DNA of 62,750 bases, counting the filler, from Reclinomonas americana ATCC 50394 (taxonomy: Eukaryota): assembly GCA_048213135.1 (NCBI GenBank). It is 4 parts of 2 records of this genome, joined end to end, with 100 filler letters (N's around TTAATTAATTAA, not from the genome) between each part and the next. Parts side by side here need not be neighbours in the genome. Positions count along the whole stretch, not along the records: positions 10,407 to 37,680 come from PS015059.1; 3 more parts are not named here. One strand, 5' to 3'. A program made the translations under genes and the position numbers. Positions 12,264 to 25,742 of the stretch are shown here, in pieces (positions within the stretch are counted from its first letter, which is position 1; each line of letters opens with the position of its first letter). The notes beneath the pieces are model-generated. The model had not been told where the DNA came from. It searched no databases and worked only from the letters and a program-made list of their open reading frames with translations.

Positions 12264-14677
12264 GCAACAGCCACAAATACGAATCCTTCGCACGTGTGTG
12301 TGAGCGCACCTTGGTTGTCATTGGAATCAGGAAGGATAATGTCACTTGTGCCCTCTCTTGTAGGTTCGCTTCTGCTAACTTCCTTTCTTCGAAGAGCAAG
12401 CCACCTGGTCGTTACTCTCCTGCGGTGGTCACGAAGAGTCTGTTCTTATCTCCTCGTGTGTGTGTGTGTGATTTGCTCGCTCGCTAGCGGGATTGTCACT
12501 GTTTCCCGCCTTTCTTCTCCCGCCTTGCTCCGAGACGTCGTTCATCCCTCGCCAGGCTGTAGCCAGCACCTCACGCATCATGCGGTAGTGTGAGAGCAAT
12601 GCGGCTCCGATGATGCGTGCGGGCTTTCGAAGACCGACATGTGACTCGTCGATGAGAAATCGGCAGAATGGACAAGCAGGGTGGCGACACAAGGTGGCGC
12701 TCCACTGCACCGTACGTGTCCAGCGACACTCTCTTTCTACTGCCCTGCATTCTCTCTCAACAAGGACTGGCATGTCGGGCTGCTTGGATACGCAGCTGTG
12801 GCCCTGGTGTGCTGATGCCACGGCACACCAGAGAATCCGATGAACACCGAGTCTTCGAAACCTCACGCCTCCTTGGATCGGCCCACAGCGAAGCTGACGA
12901 GGTGCACGTCATGATGGTACGACGAAGAACGAGAGCCACACGGAACAGGAGAGGAGAGACCAGTACAGTAGCACGTGCACAGCGATGGAAGAGACAGTCG
13001 TGTCGTGAGGCTCGCCTCCTCTCACCCAACTCACAATCAATGCTTCGTCCCTTCAATCACACTCACAGTCGGTCGGTGCATTGTCTCATGCACGCACTGT
13101 GTAGCACGGAACCACGTGTCTTCGCATGCCAGCGACGAGTCACTTGCCAGCACGCCTGTGCTCAGATTACACACAGCACTGAGTCAGTCAATCTCCAAGT
13201 CCCGCCAACTTGCTCCTCAACACAGATGCAGAACGCGTACGCACCAGGCCACGCGCGCGTGTGCAGTCTCCCATGGCCATCACCATCATTACTTGGCGGC
13301 GACAGCAGCAACCAAGAAGCGCACATCATCGATCCGCTCTGACTTGCCAACCGGGATCGAGAACGATCCACCGACCAGGCCACCCATCGGGAAATACGAC
13401 ACGCATGTGTCCACCCATGAGTAGATTGCCGAGCACGCGTCTGCAGTCTTCCATGACCACCAGCATCATCACTCGACAGAGACGGCGGCAACCAAGGTGC
13501 GCACATCATCGATCCGCTTCGACTTGCCAGCCGGGATTGAAAACGATCCACCGACCAGGCCATCCATCGCACATCACGACACGCATGTGTACATCCACCC
13601 AGCCACGTTCTGCATGACGTGCACGGCCTGCATGAATGAAGTGAGTGGATGGGAAGGAGGAAAGAGAGATCACGAAGAACAGGGCCACACAACTGCTGAG
13701 TGCATGGTGGGATGCGAGTGGGGAGCCGAGTGAGTGAGGTGACAGCCGGCAGTGGGCGATGCACAGCACGCCTGCAATCATTACGGAACAACGAGGCGGA
13801 CCTGCCCCTAAGGTCTCTGCATGCCGGTGTGCTGTGAGGAAAGAATGGAGGACGGGGAGAGATATCTCAATGACGAACACGCCGATCAGCATCTGATACC
13901 AACACGCGTTTGGGCAAGAGGCAAGGCGAGGGACGGTTCTGCACACACATCCATCCCGGCAAGGGAGAGAGAGAGCAGAGTCAGTATGCAGGTATGCCAC
14001 CTCACACACTTCGGTATCGGGAAGCTCACCGTGATGGACTGGCAATCGATGGCAGTCGGAACACGGTGAGCGGACCAGCAGCTCGGCCTTGAGCGTGTGC
14101 GGCAACGAGGGGTGGATGGCTGGGGAATCAGATGAGCGCACAAAGGCAGGGAGATGGCGGAGAAAGAGATAGACTCTGCAGGAGGCAGGAAAAGAGAGCT
14201 GAAAGACAGGCATTCTTCAGAGCCGGAAGGAGAATGTGCACGGCGCACAGGCACAATGAGAGGAAGAAAAATGGCACCAAGAAGGTGTACAAAACAAGAA
14301 GCGAGGAAACAATCATCGTTGACTCGCTCTCCTGGGGCACGTACATGGGCGACGAAAGATGCACACACAACAGACATCACAAAGAGACAAACAGATGCAA
14401 CAGGCTCCCAAGTGATTCATCGCACTTGCACACAAAATTAAGGTGAGGAAAAGGCACGCACACAGGGAGACATGCTTCACCCCGCACACTCACATTCACA
14501 TGACAGGACAACACACACGATAGAACAATTCATCATCAACAACGACCTCTCTCTCCTCCTCCGTCATCCTCTCTTCCCCCATCTGCACCATGCACAACCA
14601 CCCATTCTCCCGCGCAGGTCACGAAAAAACAATTCACAATCACCAGCAGCCACCTTCCCTCCCTTCGACTCACCGCC

Positions 14678-15830
14678 TCAGCACCGGAAAAGGACGACCT
14701 CGGCATCTTCGACGATGAAACAGCGCAGAACCAGCTCGGGAAGGCATCGTGAATCTACTTCCTCCTGCATCTCCTGCACAGCTCGCATGGCCGAGCGCGC
14801 GGCGTCGAGTTCGAGACGAGCAAGGCCACGCGGTGTGGACCACACTCGCACAGTATTGTCTTGACCACCGGCACTCACAATGTGCAGACCATCGGGAGAG
14901 ACAGCCACGCACGACACCCATCCAGTGTGACCAACAAACCGTCGCACTTCCTCGCCACTCGCCAGAGACCACACCCGAATGGAGCTGTCCCCGCTCCCAC
15001 TCACGATATGTTGGCCGTCGGGAGTGACGGCGACACAATACACCCATGAAGTGTGTCCCTCCAACCGTCGCACTTGGTCTCCACTCGCCAGTGACCATAC
15101 TCGCAGGGTGCGGTCCCCACTCCCACTAAAAATGTGCTGACCATCAGGAGGGACGGAGACAGAGTATACCCATCCAGTGTGTTTCTCCAACCGTCGCACT
15201 TCTACCCCACTCGCCAGCAACCACACTCGCACGGTATGATCTCCAGCCCCACTCACAATGTGCTCACTATCAGGGGTGACAGCGACTGACCACACATATC
15301 CAGTGTGTCCCTCCAGCCGTCGTACCTCGTCCCCACTCGCCAGAGACCACACTCTCACTGTGGTGTCCCAGCTCCCACTCACGATGTGCTGTCCATTGGG
15401 GGTGACGGCGACAGACCACACCTTATCATCGTGTCCCTCCAACCGTCTCACCTCCTCGCCACTCTCCAGCGACCACACACGCACGGTACAGTCTCCACAC
15501 CCACTCACTATCTGCTGGCCATCTGGGGTGACGGCGACAGACCACACCGGACCAGTGTCTCTCTCCAGTCGTCGCACTTCTTCTCCGCTCGCCAGAGACC
15601 ACATTCGAACGGTGCTGTCCATGCATCCACCAACAATGTGTTTGCCATCGGGAGTGACTGTGACCGATCGCACCGAAGAAGCGAGACCCTGAATGATCCG
15701 TCATCATTCGTGGTGAGACGCACTTGCACATAAACACAAAGAACAACAACCTACACAAGCACAAGCACACGAATGCATGCACAGACACCAAACACGCAAA
15801 GTGCGCATACATTCACACCTTGGTTGTCAT
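14678..15830 (-). CDS. WD40-tail family copy 2, 7 WD40 repeats plus conserved tail
   Basis: Exon 1 15830-15819 (MTTK), exon 2 15688-14678 (GLASSVRSVTVTPDG...) in frame. 42-aa GH...VW repeats. Confidence 0.92.
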
Positions 15831-17881
15831 TCTCCGTGTGTGTGTGCGTTACGTGTGTGTGTGTGTGAGTTGCTCGCTCGGGATTGTCACCGTTTCCCGC
15901 CTTGCTCCGAGACGTCGTTCATCCCTCGCCAGGCTGTAGCCAGCACCTCACGCATCATGCGGTAGTGTGAGAGCAATGCGGCTCCGATGATGCGTGTGGG
16001 CTTTTGAAGACCGTGGGACTCGTCGATGCGAAATCGGCAGAATGGACATGCAAGTGGTGGTGGTGACACGAGGTTGGCGCTCCATTGCATCGAGACCGGC
16101 CAGCATTCTCTGTCAACGAGGACAGGAATGTCGGGCTGCTTGGATACGCAGCTGTGGCCCTGTTGTGCTGATGCCACGGCACACCCGAGAATCCATGGAG
16201 CACCGAGTCATCGAAACCTCTCACCTCCTTGGATCGGCCCACAGCGAAGCTGACGAGGTGCACGTCATGATGGTACGACGAAGAAGGAGAGTCACAGGGA
16301 ACAGGAGAGGAGCGACCAGTACAGCAGCTCAGCGATGGACGAGGCAGCTGTGTCGTGAGACTCGCCTCCTCTCACCCAAGTCACAATCAATGCCTCGTGC
16401 GCGCGTGCCTTCAATCACACTCACAGTCTGTCGGTGAATCGTCTCGCGCATGCACTGTGAGGCATGGAACCACGTGTCATCGAATGCCAGTCACTTGCCA
16501 GCACGCCTGTGTTACGATCACCACACAGAACTGCGTCAGTAAATCTTCAAGTCTCACCAACTTGTTCCTCAACGCAGAAGCAGTACACGTACGCACCATG
16601 TGTTACTAGCCTCGCACGTGTCTGCAGTCTCCAACGGCCACCACCATTGTCACTCGGCAGTGTGAGCAGCAACCAACGTGCGCGCATAATCGATCCGCTC
16701 CGACTTGCCAGCCGGGATTGAAAACGATCAACCGACCAGGCCACCCATCGCACATACGCATCACGATACGCATGTGTACATCCTCCCAGCCACGTTCTCC
16801 ATGATACGCACGGCCTGCATGGATGAGGTGAGTGGGAGGGAAGGAGGAGAGAGAGATCACGAAGAACAAGGCCACACACCTGCATCGTGCTTGGTGGGAT
16901 GCGAGTGGGGAGCCGACTGAGTGAGGTGACAGCCGGTAGCGGGCGATGCACAGCACGCCTGCAATCATCACGGAACAACAACGAGGAGCACGTGTTTTCG
17001 AGGTGCCTGCATATAGGTGCACTGTGAGCAAAAGGAAAAGAGGAAGGAGAGAGAAATCTGCTCTGTCTCAACGACGAACACACCGATCAGCATCTGGTAT
17101 CAACACGCGTTTGGGCAAGAGGCAAGGCGAGGGATGCTTCTTCACATACATCCATCCTACGAGAGAGAGAAGGAGCAGAGTCAGTATGCAGGTATGCTNN
17201 NNNNNNNNNNNNNNNNNNACCTCACACACTTCGGCATCGGGAAGCTCACCGTGATGGACTGGCAGGATGGCAATCGGAACACGGTGAGCGGACCAGCATG
17301 CTCGGCCTTGAGCGAATGCGGGAAAGAAGGGTGGATTACTGGAGAAGCAGATGAGCGCACAAAGGAGAAAGACGGCGGAGTACGAGAGAGTGAGAGACTC
17401 TATAGGGGCAGAAAGGGAGGAACGGAATGACATGCATTCGTCAGGGCGGAAGGAGAATGTCCACGGCGCACATGCACGATCGGACACAAGTAGTGGAGCG
17501 AAGAAAGTGCGCAAAACGAGACGCGAGGAAACAAATATCGGTGATTCGCTCTCCCGAGGCACATACACGAACGACGGAAGAAGCACGCACAACAGATATC
17601 ACAAAGAGACAAAAAGACACAACAGGCTACCAAGTGATTAATCGCTCGCACACACACATTGAGGTGAGAATGAGACACGCCTACAGAGGGAGGCATGCTT
17701 CACGCCCGCACAATCACATTCACATGAAAGGGCAACAAACACAGAGAACAATTCTTCATCAACGACCTCTCTCTCTTCCTCTGTCGTCCTCTCTTCCCCC
17801 ACCCACTCTCCCTCGCAAGGCACGAAAAAACAACTCACAATCACCAGCGGCCACCGCTCTCCCTCTCTCCGACTCACCAAC

Positions 17882-19037
17882 TCAGCATCGGAAAAGGACG
17901 ACCTCGGCACCCTCGACGATAATGCAGCGCAGAACCAGCTCGGGAAGGCATCGTGAATTTTCCTTATCCTCTTGCATCTCCTGCACGGCGTGCATGGCCA
18001 AGCACGCGGCGTCGAGTTCAAAGCGAGCAAGGCCACGCGGCGTGGACCACACTCGCACCGTCTTGTCTTTGCCACCCGCGCTCACAATGTGCTGACCATC
18101 CGGAGAGACAGCCACAGACGATACCCATCCGTCATGTCCCACCAACCATCGCTCGTCCTCGCCACTCGCCAAAGACCATACCCGCACGGTGCTGTCTCCG
18201 CTCCCGCTAACAATGTGCTGACCGTTGGGAGAGACCGCCACAGACGTCACCGCACCAATGTGTCCCTCCAACCGTCGCACTTCCTCCCCACTTGCCAGCG
18301 ACCACACCCGCATGGTGCGGTCCTCGCTCCCACTTACGATGTGCTGACCATCGGGAGTGACAGCGACTGACCACACAAATCCAGTGTGTCCTTCCAACCG
18401 TCGCACCTCTTTGCCATTTGTCAGCGACCACACACGCACGGTATGATCTCCACCGCCGCTAACAATGTGGTGACCATCGGGGGTGACGGCGACTGACCAC
18501 ACCTTATCGATGTGCACCTTCAGTCGTCGCGTCTCTTGCCCACTTGACACCCGAATTGTGTTATCCCCACTACCACTCACGATATTCAGACCATCGGAGG
18601 TGACGGCGACAGACATCACCGCATTGGTGTGTCCACTCAATCGTCGAACCTCCTTGCCACTCACCAACGACCACACCCGCACCGTCTGGTCTGCACACCC
18701 ACTCACAACGTACCGCCCGTCGAGAGTGACAGCGACAGTGTACACCACATCAGTGTGTCCCACCAGCCGTCGCACCTCTGTGCTACTCGCCAGAGACCAC
18801 ACTCGGATGGTGCTGTCCTCACACCCACCGACAATGTGCTTGCCATCGGGAGTGACGGCGACGGACCTCACCGCAGTCGCGAGACTCTGAATGATCTGCG
18901 TCGATCATTCGCGGTGAGACGCACACACACAAACATGTACACACAAACAGCAACCGCACACGATGCACGAGCACACGAATGCATGCACAGACACCAACCA
19001 CGCAAAAGTGCGCATACATTCACACCTTGGTTGTCAT
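17882..19037 (-). CDS. WD40-tail family copy 3, 7 repeats (the third has a small in-frame deletion)
   Basis: Exon 1 19037-19026 (MTTK), exon 2 18886-17882 (SLATAVRSVAV...). Repeat 3 reads DNTIRV-SSGQE. Confidence 0.9.
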
Positions 19038-21227
19038 TCTCCGTGCGCGTGTGTGTGTGTGATTTGCTCGCTCGGGATTGTCACTGTTTCCCGCCTTTCT
19101 TCTCCCGCCTTGCTCTGAGACGCCGTTCATCCCTCGCCAGGCTGCAGCCAGCACCCCGCACAGCATGCGATAGTGTGGCTTTGTTGATGCTTGTGGGCTT
19201 TTGAAGACCGACATGGGACAGGTCGATGAGAAATCGGCAGAATAGACATGCAAGGTGGTGGTGGCTCGAGGTGGCGCTCCACTGCACCGTACATGTCCAG
19301 CGACACTCTCTTTCTACTGCCCTGCATTCTCTCTCAACGAGGACTGGCATGCCGTGCTGCTTGGATGTGCAGCTGTGGCCCTGCACCCGAGAATCCAATG
19401 AGCACCGAGTCAACGACACCTCATCTCCTTGGATCGGCCCACAGCGAGGTTGGTGAGGGCACGATGATGGCAAACGGTACAGGAGAGGAGCGACCAGCAC
19501 AGCAGCTCAGCGGTGGACGAGGCAGCTGCGTCGTGTGACTCGCCTCCCCTCACCCAAATCACAGTCAATGCATATGCCTCGTACATTCAATCACACTCAC
19601 AGTCGGTCGGTTGAATCGTCTCATGCAGGCACTGTGAAGCACGGAACCATGTGTCTTCGCATGCCAATCCCTTGCCAGGACGCCTGTGTTCAGATGACAC
19701 GCAGAATTGAGTCAGTAAATCTCAAGTCTCACCAACTTGCTCCTCAACGCACGTGTACAACACACACGCACCGTATGTTGCTGGCCTCGCACGTATCTGC
19801 AGTCCCCCGTGGCCACCACCATCATCACTCAACAGAGACGGCGGCAACCAAGAAGCGCACATCATCGATCCGCTCTGACTTGCCAACCGGGATCGAGAAC
19901 GATCCACCGACCAGGCCACCCATCGGGAAACACGTCACGCATGTGTCCACCCATGAGTAGATTGCCGAGCACGCGTCTGCAGTCTTCCATGACCACCAGC
20001 ATCATCACTCGACAGAGACGGCGGCAACCAAGGTGCGCACACCATCGATCCGCTCCGACTCGCCAGCCGGGATCGAAAATGATCCACCGACGTCGACCAG
20101 GCCACCATGTCGCACATCACGGCACGCAGGTGTACACCCACCCAGCCACGCTCTCCATGGCATGCGCAGTCTGCACGAATGAGGTGAGTGGGAGGGAAGG
20201 AGGAGAGAGAGATCAAGACGAACAAGGCCACAAAACTGCTGAGTGCATGGTGGGATGCGAGTGGGAGCCGAGTGAGTGAACAACGGGCGATGCACAGCAC
20301 GCCTGTCATTGTCATGGAACAACGACGAGGAGCACGTGTTTCCAAGGTGCCTGCAAATGGGTGCACTGTGAGCAAAAGGAATGGAGGAAGAGGAGCCCTT
20401 GTCTCGCTGACGAACACACCAATCAGCACATGATACCAACAAGTGGTTGGTCAAGAGGCAAGCCAAAGGTTGCTTCTGTACACACACATCCATCCTGCAA
20501 AGGAGAGGGAGAGAAGAATCAGCATGCAGTCAGGCAATCTCACACACTTCGGTGTCGGGATGCTCACCATGATGAACTGGCAGGATGGCAGTCGGTGCAA
20601 CATGAGCAGAGAAGCATGCTCGGCCTTGAGCGTGTGCGGCAAGGAGGGGTGGATGACTGGGGAAGCAGATAAGCGCACAAAGGAGGGAGACGGTGGGGAA
20701 AGAGAGAGAAACTCTGCAAGGGGCAGAGAAGGAGGGCTCGAGAGCTGAAAGACATGCATTCTTCAGAGCCGGAAAGAGAATGTCCGCGGCGCACAGGCAC
20801 CATGGGAAGCAGAGCAGTGATGCCAAGGAAGTGTGCAAAAGACGACGCGAGGGAATAATCATCGGCGACTCGCTCTCATGAGGCACACACACATGCACGA
20901 ATAAGATGCACGCACAACAGACATCACAACGAGACAAAAGAACACAACAGACTCCCAAGCGATTCATCGAGCTTGCACACAAAATGGAGGTGAGAAAGAG
21001 ACACGTAAACAGAGGGAGACGTGCTGCACTACCTCTCTCTCACTCACATGATAAGGCAACAAGCACAGAGAACAATTCTGCGTCATCAACAACGAACTCT
21101 CTCCTCTCCTCTGTCATCCTCTTCCCCCTCCTGCACCTCGCACAACCACCCACTCTCCCTCGCAAGACACGAAAAAACAACTCATATTCTCCAGCAGCCA
21201 CCTTCTCCCTCCCTTCGACTCACCTTC

Positions 21228-22515
21228 TCAGCACCGAAAAAGGACGACCTCGGCATCCTCGATGATGAAACAGCGCAGAACCAGCTCGGGAAGGCATCGT
21301 GAATCTACTTCTTCCTCCAGCATCTCCTGCACGGCGTGCATGGCCGAGCGCGCGGCGTCGAGTTCGAGACGAGCAAGGCCGCGTGGCGTGGACCACACTC
21401 GCACGGTCTTGTCCTTGCCACCCGCACTCACAATGTGCTGGCCATCAGGAGAGACGGCGACAGAATACACCCATCCAGTGTGTCCCTCCAGCCGTCGCAC
21501 TTCCTCGCCACTCTCCAGAGACCACATCCGCACGGTGCAGTCCCCGCTCCCGCTAAAACTGTACTGACCGTTGGGAGAGACCGCCACAGACGTCACCCAT
21601 TCAGTGTGTCCGTCCAGGCGTCGCACCTCCTCCCCACTCGCCAGAGACCACATCCGCACTGTGCAGTCCCAGCTCCCACTCACGATGTGATGACCCTCAG
21701 GAGTGATGGCGACAGACGTCACAGCGTCGGCGTGTCCCTCTAACCGTCGCACCTCTTCCCCACTCGCCAGCAACCACACCCGCACTGTGTTGTCTCCACC
21801 CCCACTCACAACGTGCTTACCATCGGGGGTGACTGCCACAGACCACACCGAAATAGTGTGTCCCTCTAACCGTCGCACCTCCTCGCCACTCTCCAGCGAC
21901 CACAGACACATTGTCTTGTCGAAGCCGCCGCTAACGACGTGCTGTCCATTGGGGGTGACGGCGACTGACCACACCTCCCGGGAGTGACCCATCAACCGTC
22001 GCACCTCCTCGCCACTCTCCAGCGACCACACACGCACGGTACAGTCTCCACCGCCACTGACAATAAGCTGACCATCAGGAGTGACGGCGACAGAGAACAC
22101 CCCGCCATCGATATCGTGTCCCTCCAGCCGTCGCACCTCCTTGCCACTCGCCAGAGACCACACACGTAGGGTGTTGTCTCCACCTCCACTCACGATGTGC
22201 TTGCCATTGGGAGTGACAGCGACAGATTGCACCCATGAAGTGTGTCCCTCCAGCCGTCGCACCTCTTCTCCACTTGCCAGAGACCACACTCGAACGGTAC
22301 TGTTCAAGCACCCACCGACAATGTGCTTGCCGTCGGGAGTGACAGCGACGGACCGCACTGCAGCGGGACTCTGAATGATCTGTGCCGATCATTCGCGGTG
22401 AGGCGCACATGCACAAACACAAAGAACAACAACCGCACACACGCACGAGCACACGAATGCATGCACAGACACCAACCACGCAAAAGTGCGCACACATTCA
22501 CACCTTGGTTGCCAT
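21228..22515 (-). CDS. WD40-tail family copy 4, 8 repeats
   Basis: Exon 1 22515-22504 (MATK), exon 2 22370-21228 (SPAAVRSVAV...), open frame. Confidence 0.92.
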
Positions 22516-24380
22516 TCTCCGTGAGTGTGCGTGTGTGTGCGTGTTTTGCTCGCAGCGGGATTGTCACCGTTTCCCGCCTTTCTTCTCTGCTTTGCTCCGA
22601 GACGTCCCGCATCCCTCGACAGGCTGCAGCCAGCACCCCATACAGCATGTAGTAGTGTGAGCGATGTCGCTTTGTTCATGCGTGTGGGCTTTTGAAGACC
22701 GACATGGGACTCGTCGATGAGAAATAGGCAGAATGGACAAGGGTGGTGGTGGTGACACGAGGTGAAGCTCCACTGAACCGCGCTGCTGTCCAGCGACACT
22801 CTCTTTCGACTGACCTGCATTATCTCTCAACGAGGACTGGCATGTCGGGCTGCTTGGATGTGCAGCTGATGCCACGGCATTTTCCCGAGAACCCATTGAG
22901 CGGCGAGTCTGCGAATCCTCAAGCCTCCTTGGATCGGCCCACAGCGAGGTTGATGATGGTACGACGAAGAAGGAGAGTCACAGGGGACAGGAGAGGAGCG
23001 ACCAGTACAGCAGCACAAACGATGGAACAGGCAGCTGCGTCATGAGACTCGCCTCCCCTTCACCCAAATCAAATTAAAGCCTCGTGCCTTCAATCACACT
23101 CACAGTCGGCCGGTGAATCGTCTCATGCAGGCACTGTGAAGCACGGAACCACGTGTCTTCGCATGCCAGTCACTTGCCAGCACGCCTGTGTTACGATCAC
23201 ACAAAGAATTCGAATTGAGTCAGTCAAATCTCGATGTCTCACCAACTTGCTCGTCAACGCAGGAGTAGAACACGCACGCACAAGTGTGTTGCTGGCCTCG
23301 CACGTGTCTGCAGTCTCCCATGACCACCACATGGTCACTCGGCAGTGACAGCAGCAACCAAGGTGCGCACACCATCGATCCGCGCAGACCTGCCAGTCGG
23401 GATTGAAAGACGATCCACCGACCAGACCACCATGTCGCACATCACGACACGCATGCGTACACCCACTAATCCGCGCTCTCCATAGCATGTGCGGCCTGCA
23501 CGAATGAGGTGAGTGGGAGGGAAGGAGGAAAGAGAGATCAAGACGAACAGGGTCACACAACTGCTGAGTGCATGGTGGGATGCGAGTGGGGAGCCGAGTG
23601 AGTGAGGTGACAGCCGGCAACAGGCGATGCACAACACGCCTGCAATCATTACGGAACAACGAGGGGGACCTGCCCCTAAGGTGTCTGCATGTCGGTACGC
23701 TGTGAGCGAAAGAAATGAGGAAGGAGAGAGATATCTGCTCTGTCTCGCTGACAAACACACCGATCAGCACCTGATGCCAACACGCGTTTGGTCAAGAGGC
23801 AAGCCGAGGGAAGCTTCTGCACACACAACCATCCTTCAATAGGGGGAGAGCGGAGTCAGTATGCAGGTATGCCACCTCACACACTTCGGCATCGGGAAGC
23901 TCACTATGATGGACTGGCCAACTCGACGGCAGAATGGCAGTCGGAAAACGGTGAGCAGACCAGCATGCTCGGCCTCGAGCTTGTGCGGCAAGGAGGGGTG
24001 GATGGCTGGGGAAGCAGATAAGCGCACAAAGGCAGGGAGATGGCGGAGAAAGAGATAGACTCTGCAGGAGGCAGGAAAAAGAGAGCTGAAAGACAGGCAT
24101 CCTGCAGAGACGGAAGGAGAATGTCCACGGCGCACGTGCACACCGGGAAGCAGAGTATGGCGGTGCCAAGGAGGTGCGAAAAACAAGACGCGAGGGGAAA
24201 AGACAATGGTGACTCGCTCTCATGAGGCACGTATATCAGCGACGAAAGATGCACGCACAACAGACATCACAACGAGACAGAAAGACACAACAGACATCCA
24301 AGCAATCCATCTCGCTTGCACACACAAAATGGAGGTGAGAAAGAGGCACGCCTACAGAGGGAGACGTGCTTCACGACCTC

Positions 24381-25742
24381 TCACTCACATTCACATGAAA
24401 GGGGAACAAGCACGGGAGAACAGTTCTGCATCATCCACGTCGACTTCTCTCCTCTCGTCAGTCGTCCTCTCTTCCCCCACCTCCATCCCGCATGATTACC
24501 CGCACCCCCGCGCAAGACACGAAAAAACAACTCACAATCACCAGCAGCCACCTTCTCTCCCTTCCGACTCACCAACTCAGCACCAAAAAGGACGACCTCG
24601 GCATCTTCGACGATGAAACAGCGCAGAACCAGCTCGGGAAGGCATCGTGAATCTACTTCCACCTCGACTGCCCTCCTCTCCTCCTGCATCTCCTGCACAG
24701 CCTGCATGGCCGAGCGCGCGGTGTCGAGTTCGAGATGAGCAAGGCCACGCGGCGTGGACCACACTCGCACGGTCTCGTCGTAGCCACCCAGACTCACAAT
24801 GTGCTGACCATTGGGAGAGACGGCCACAGACGACACCCGTCCAGCGTGTCCCTCCAACCGTCGCACCTCCTCCCCACTCTCCAGAGACCACACCCGAATG
24901 GTCATGTCTCCGCTCCCGCAAACAATACGCCGACCATCTGGAGTGACGGCCACAGACCACACCGCACCATTGTGTCCGTCCAACCGTCGCACTTGGTCTC
25001 CACTCATCAGTGACCACACTCTCGCCGTGTTGTCCCAACTGCCACTCACGACGTGTTGACCATCGGGGGTGACGGTGACAGAGTATACCCGTCCAGTGTG
25101 TCCTTCCAGCCGTCGCACCTCCTCCCCACTCGCCAGCAACCGTACCCGCACGGTATGATCTTCACCCCCACTTACAATGTACTGACTATCAGGGGTGACG
25201 GCGACAGACCAAATCTCGTCAGTATGCCCCTCCAGCCGTCGTACCTCCTCCCCACTCGCCAGAGACCACACCCGAATTGTGCAGTCCCAGCTCCCACTCA
25301 CGATGTGATGACCATCTGGAGTAACAGCGACAGACCACACCTTAACATCGTGTCCCTCCAGCCGTCGTACCTCCTCGCCACTCTCCAGCGACCACACACG
25401 CACGGTACAGTCTCCACCGCCACTCACGATGTGCTGATAATCAGGAGTGACGGCGACAGAGAACACCCCGCCATCGTGTCCCTCCAGCCGTCGCACCTCC
25501 TTGCCACTCGCCAGAGACCACACTCGAATCGTGTTGTCCATGCATCCACCAACAATGTGGTTGCCATCGGGAGTGACGGCAATGGACCTCACCACATCGA
25601 GACTCTGAATGATCTGTGTAGATCACCCGCGATGAGGTATACACACACACAAACGACAACCACACACATGCACAAGCACACCAATGAACACACAGACACC
25701 AAACACGCAAAAGTGCGCACAACTTCACACCTTGGTTGTCAT
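24381..25742 (-). CDS. WD40-tail family copy 5, 7 repeats; a 1-nt deletion just before the stop gives a read-through C-terminal extension
   Basis: Exon 1 25742-25731 (MTTK), exon 2 from 25604. Plus-strand caccaaaaaggac versus caccggaaaaggac in copies 1 and 2 changes LFRC* to LFGAELV... Confidence 0.87.

Larger units (their letters stand above)
10903..12321 (-). pseudogene. WD40-tail family copy 1 (4 WD repeats), disrupted by the insertion at 11355-12017
   Basis: Exon 1 12321-12310 (ATGACAACCAAG, MTTK), GT-AG intron, exon 2 from 12207 (ILRGHTQAVLSV...). Removing 11355-12017 restores HIV/SGSGDSTVRVW in frame. Ends in the conserved tail ...RCLPELVLRCFIVEDAEVVLFRC*. Confidence 0.88.
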
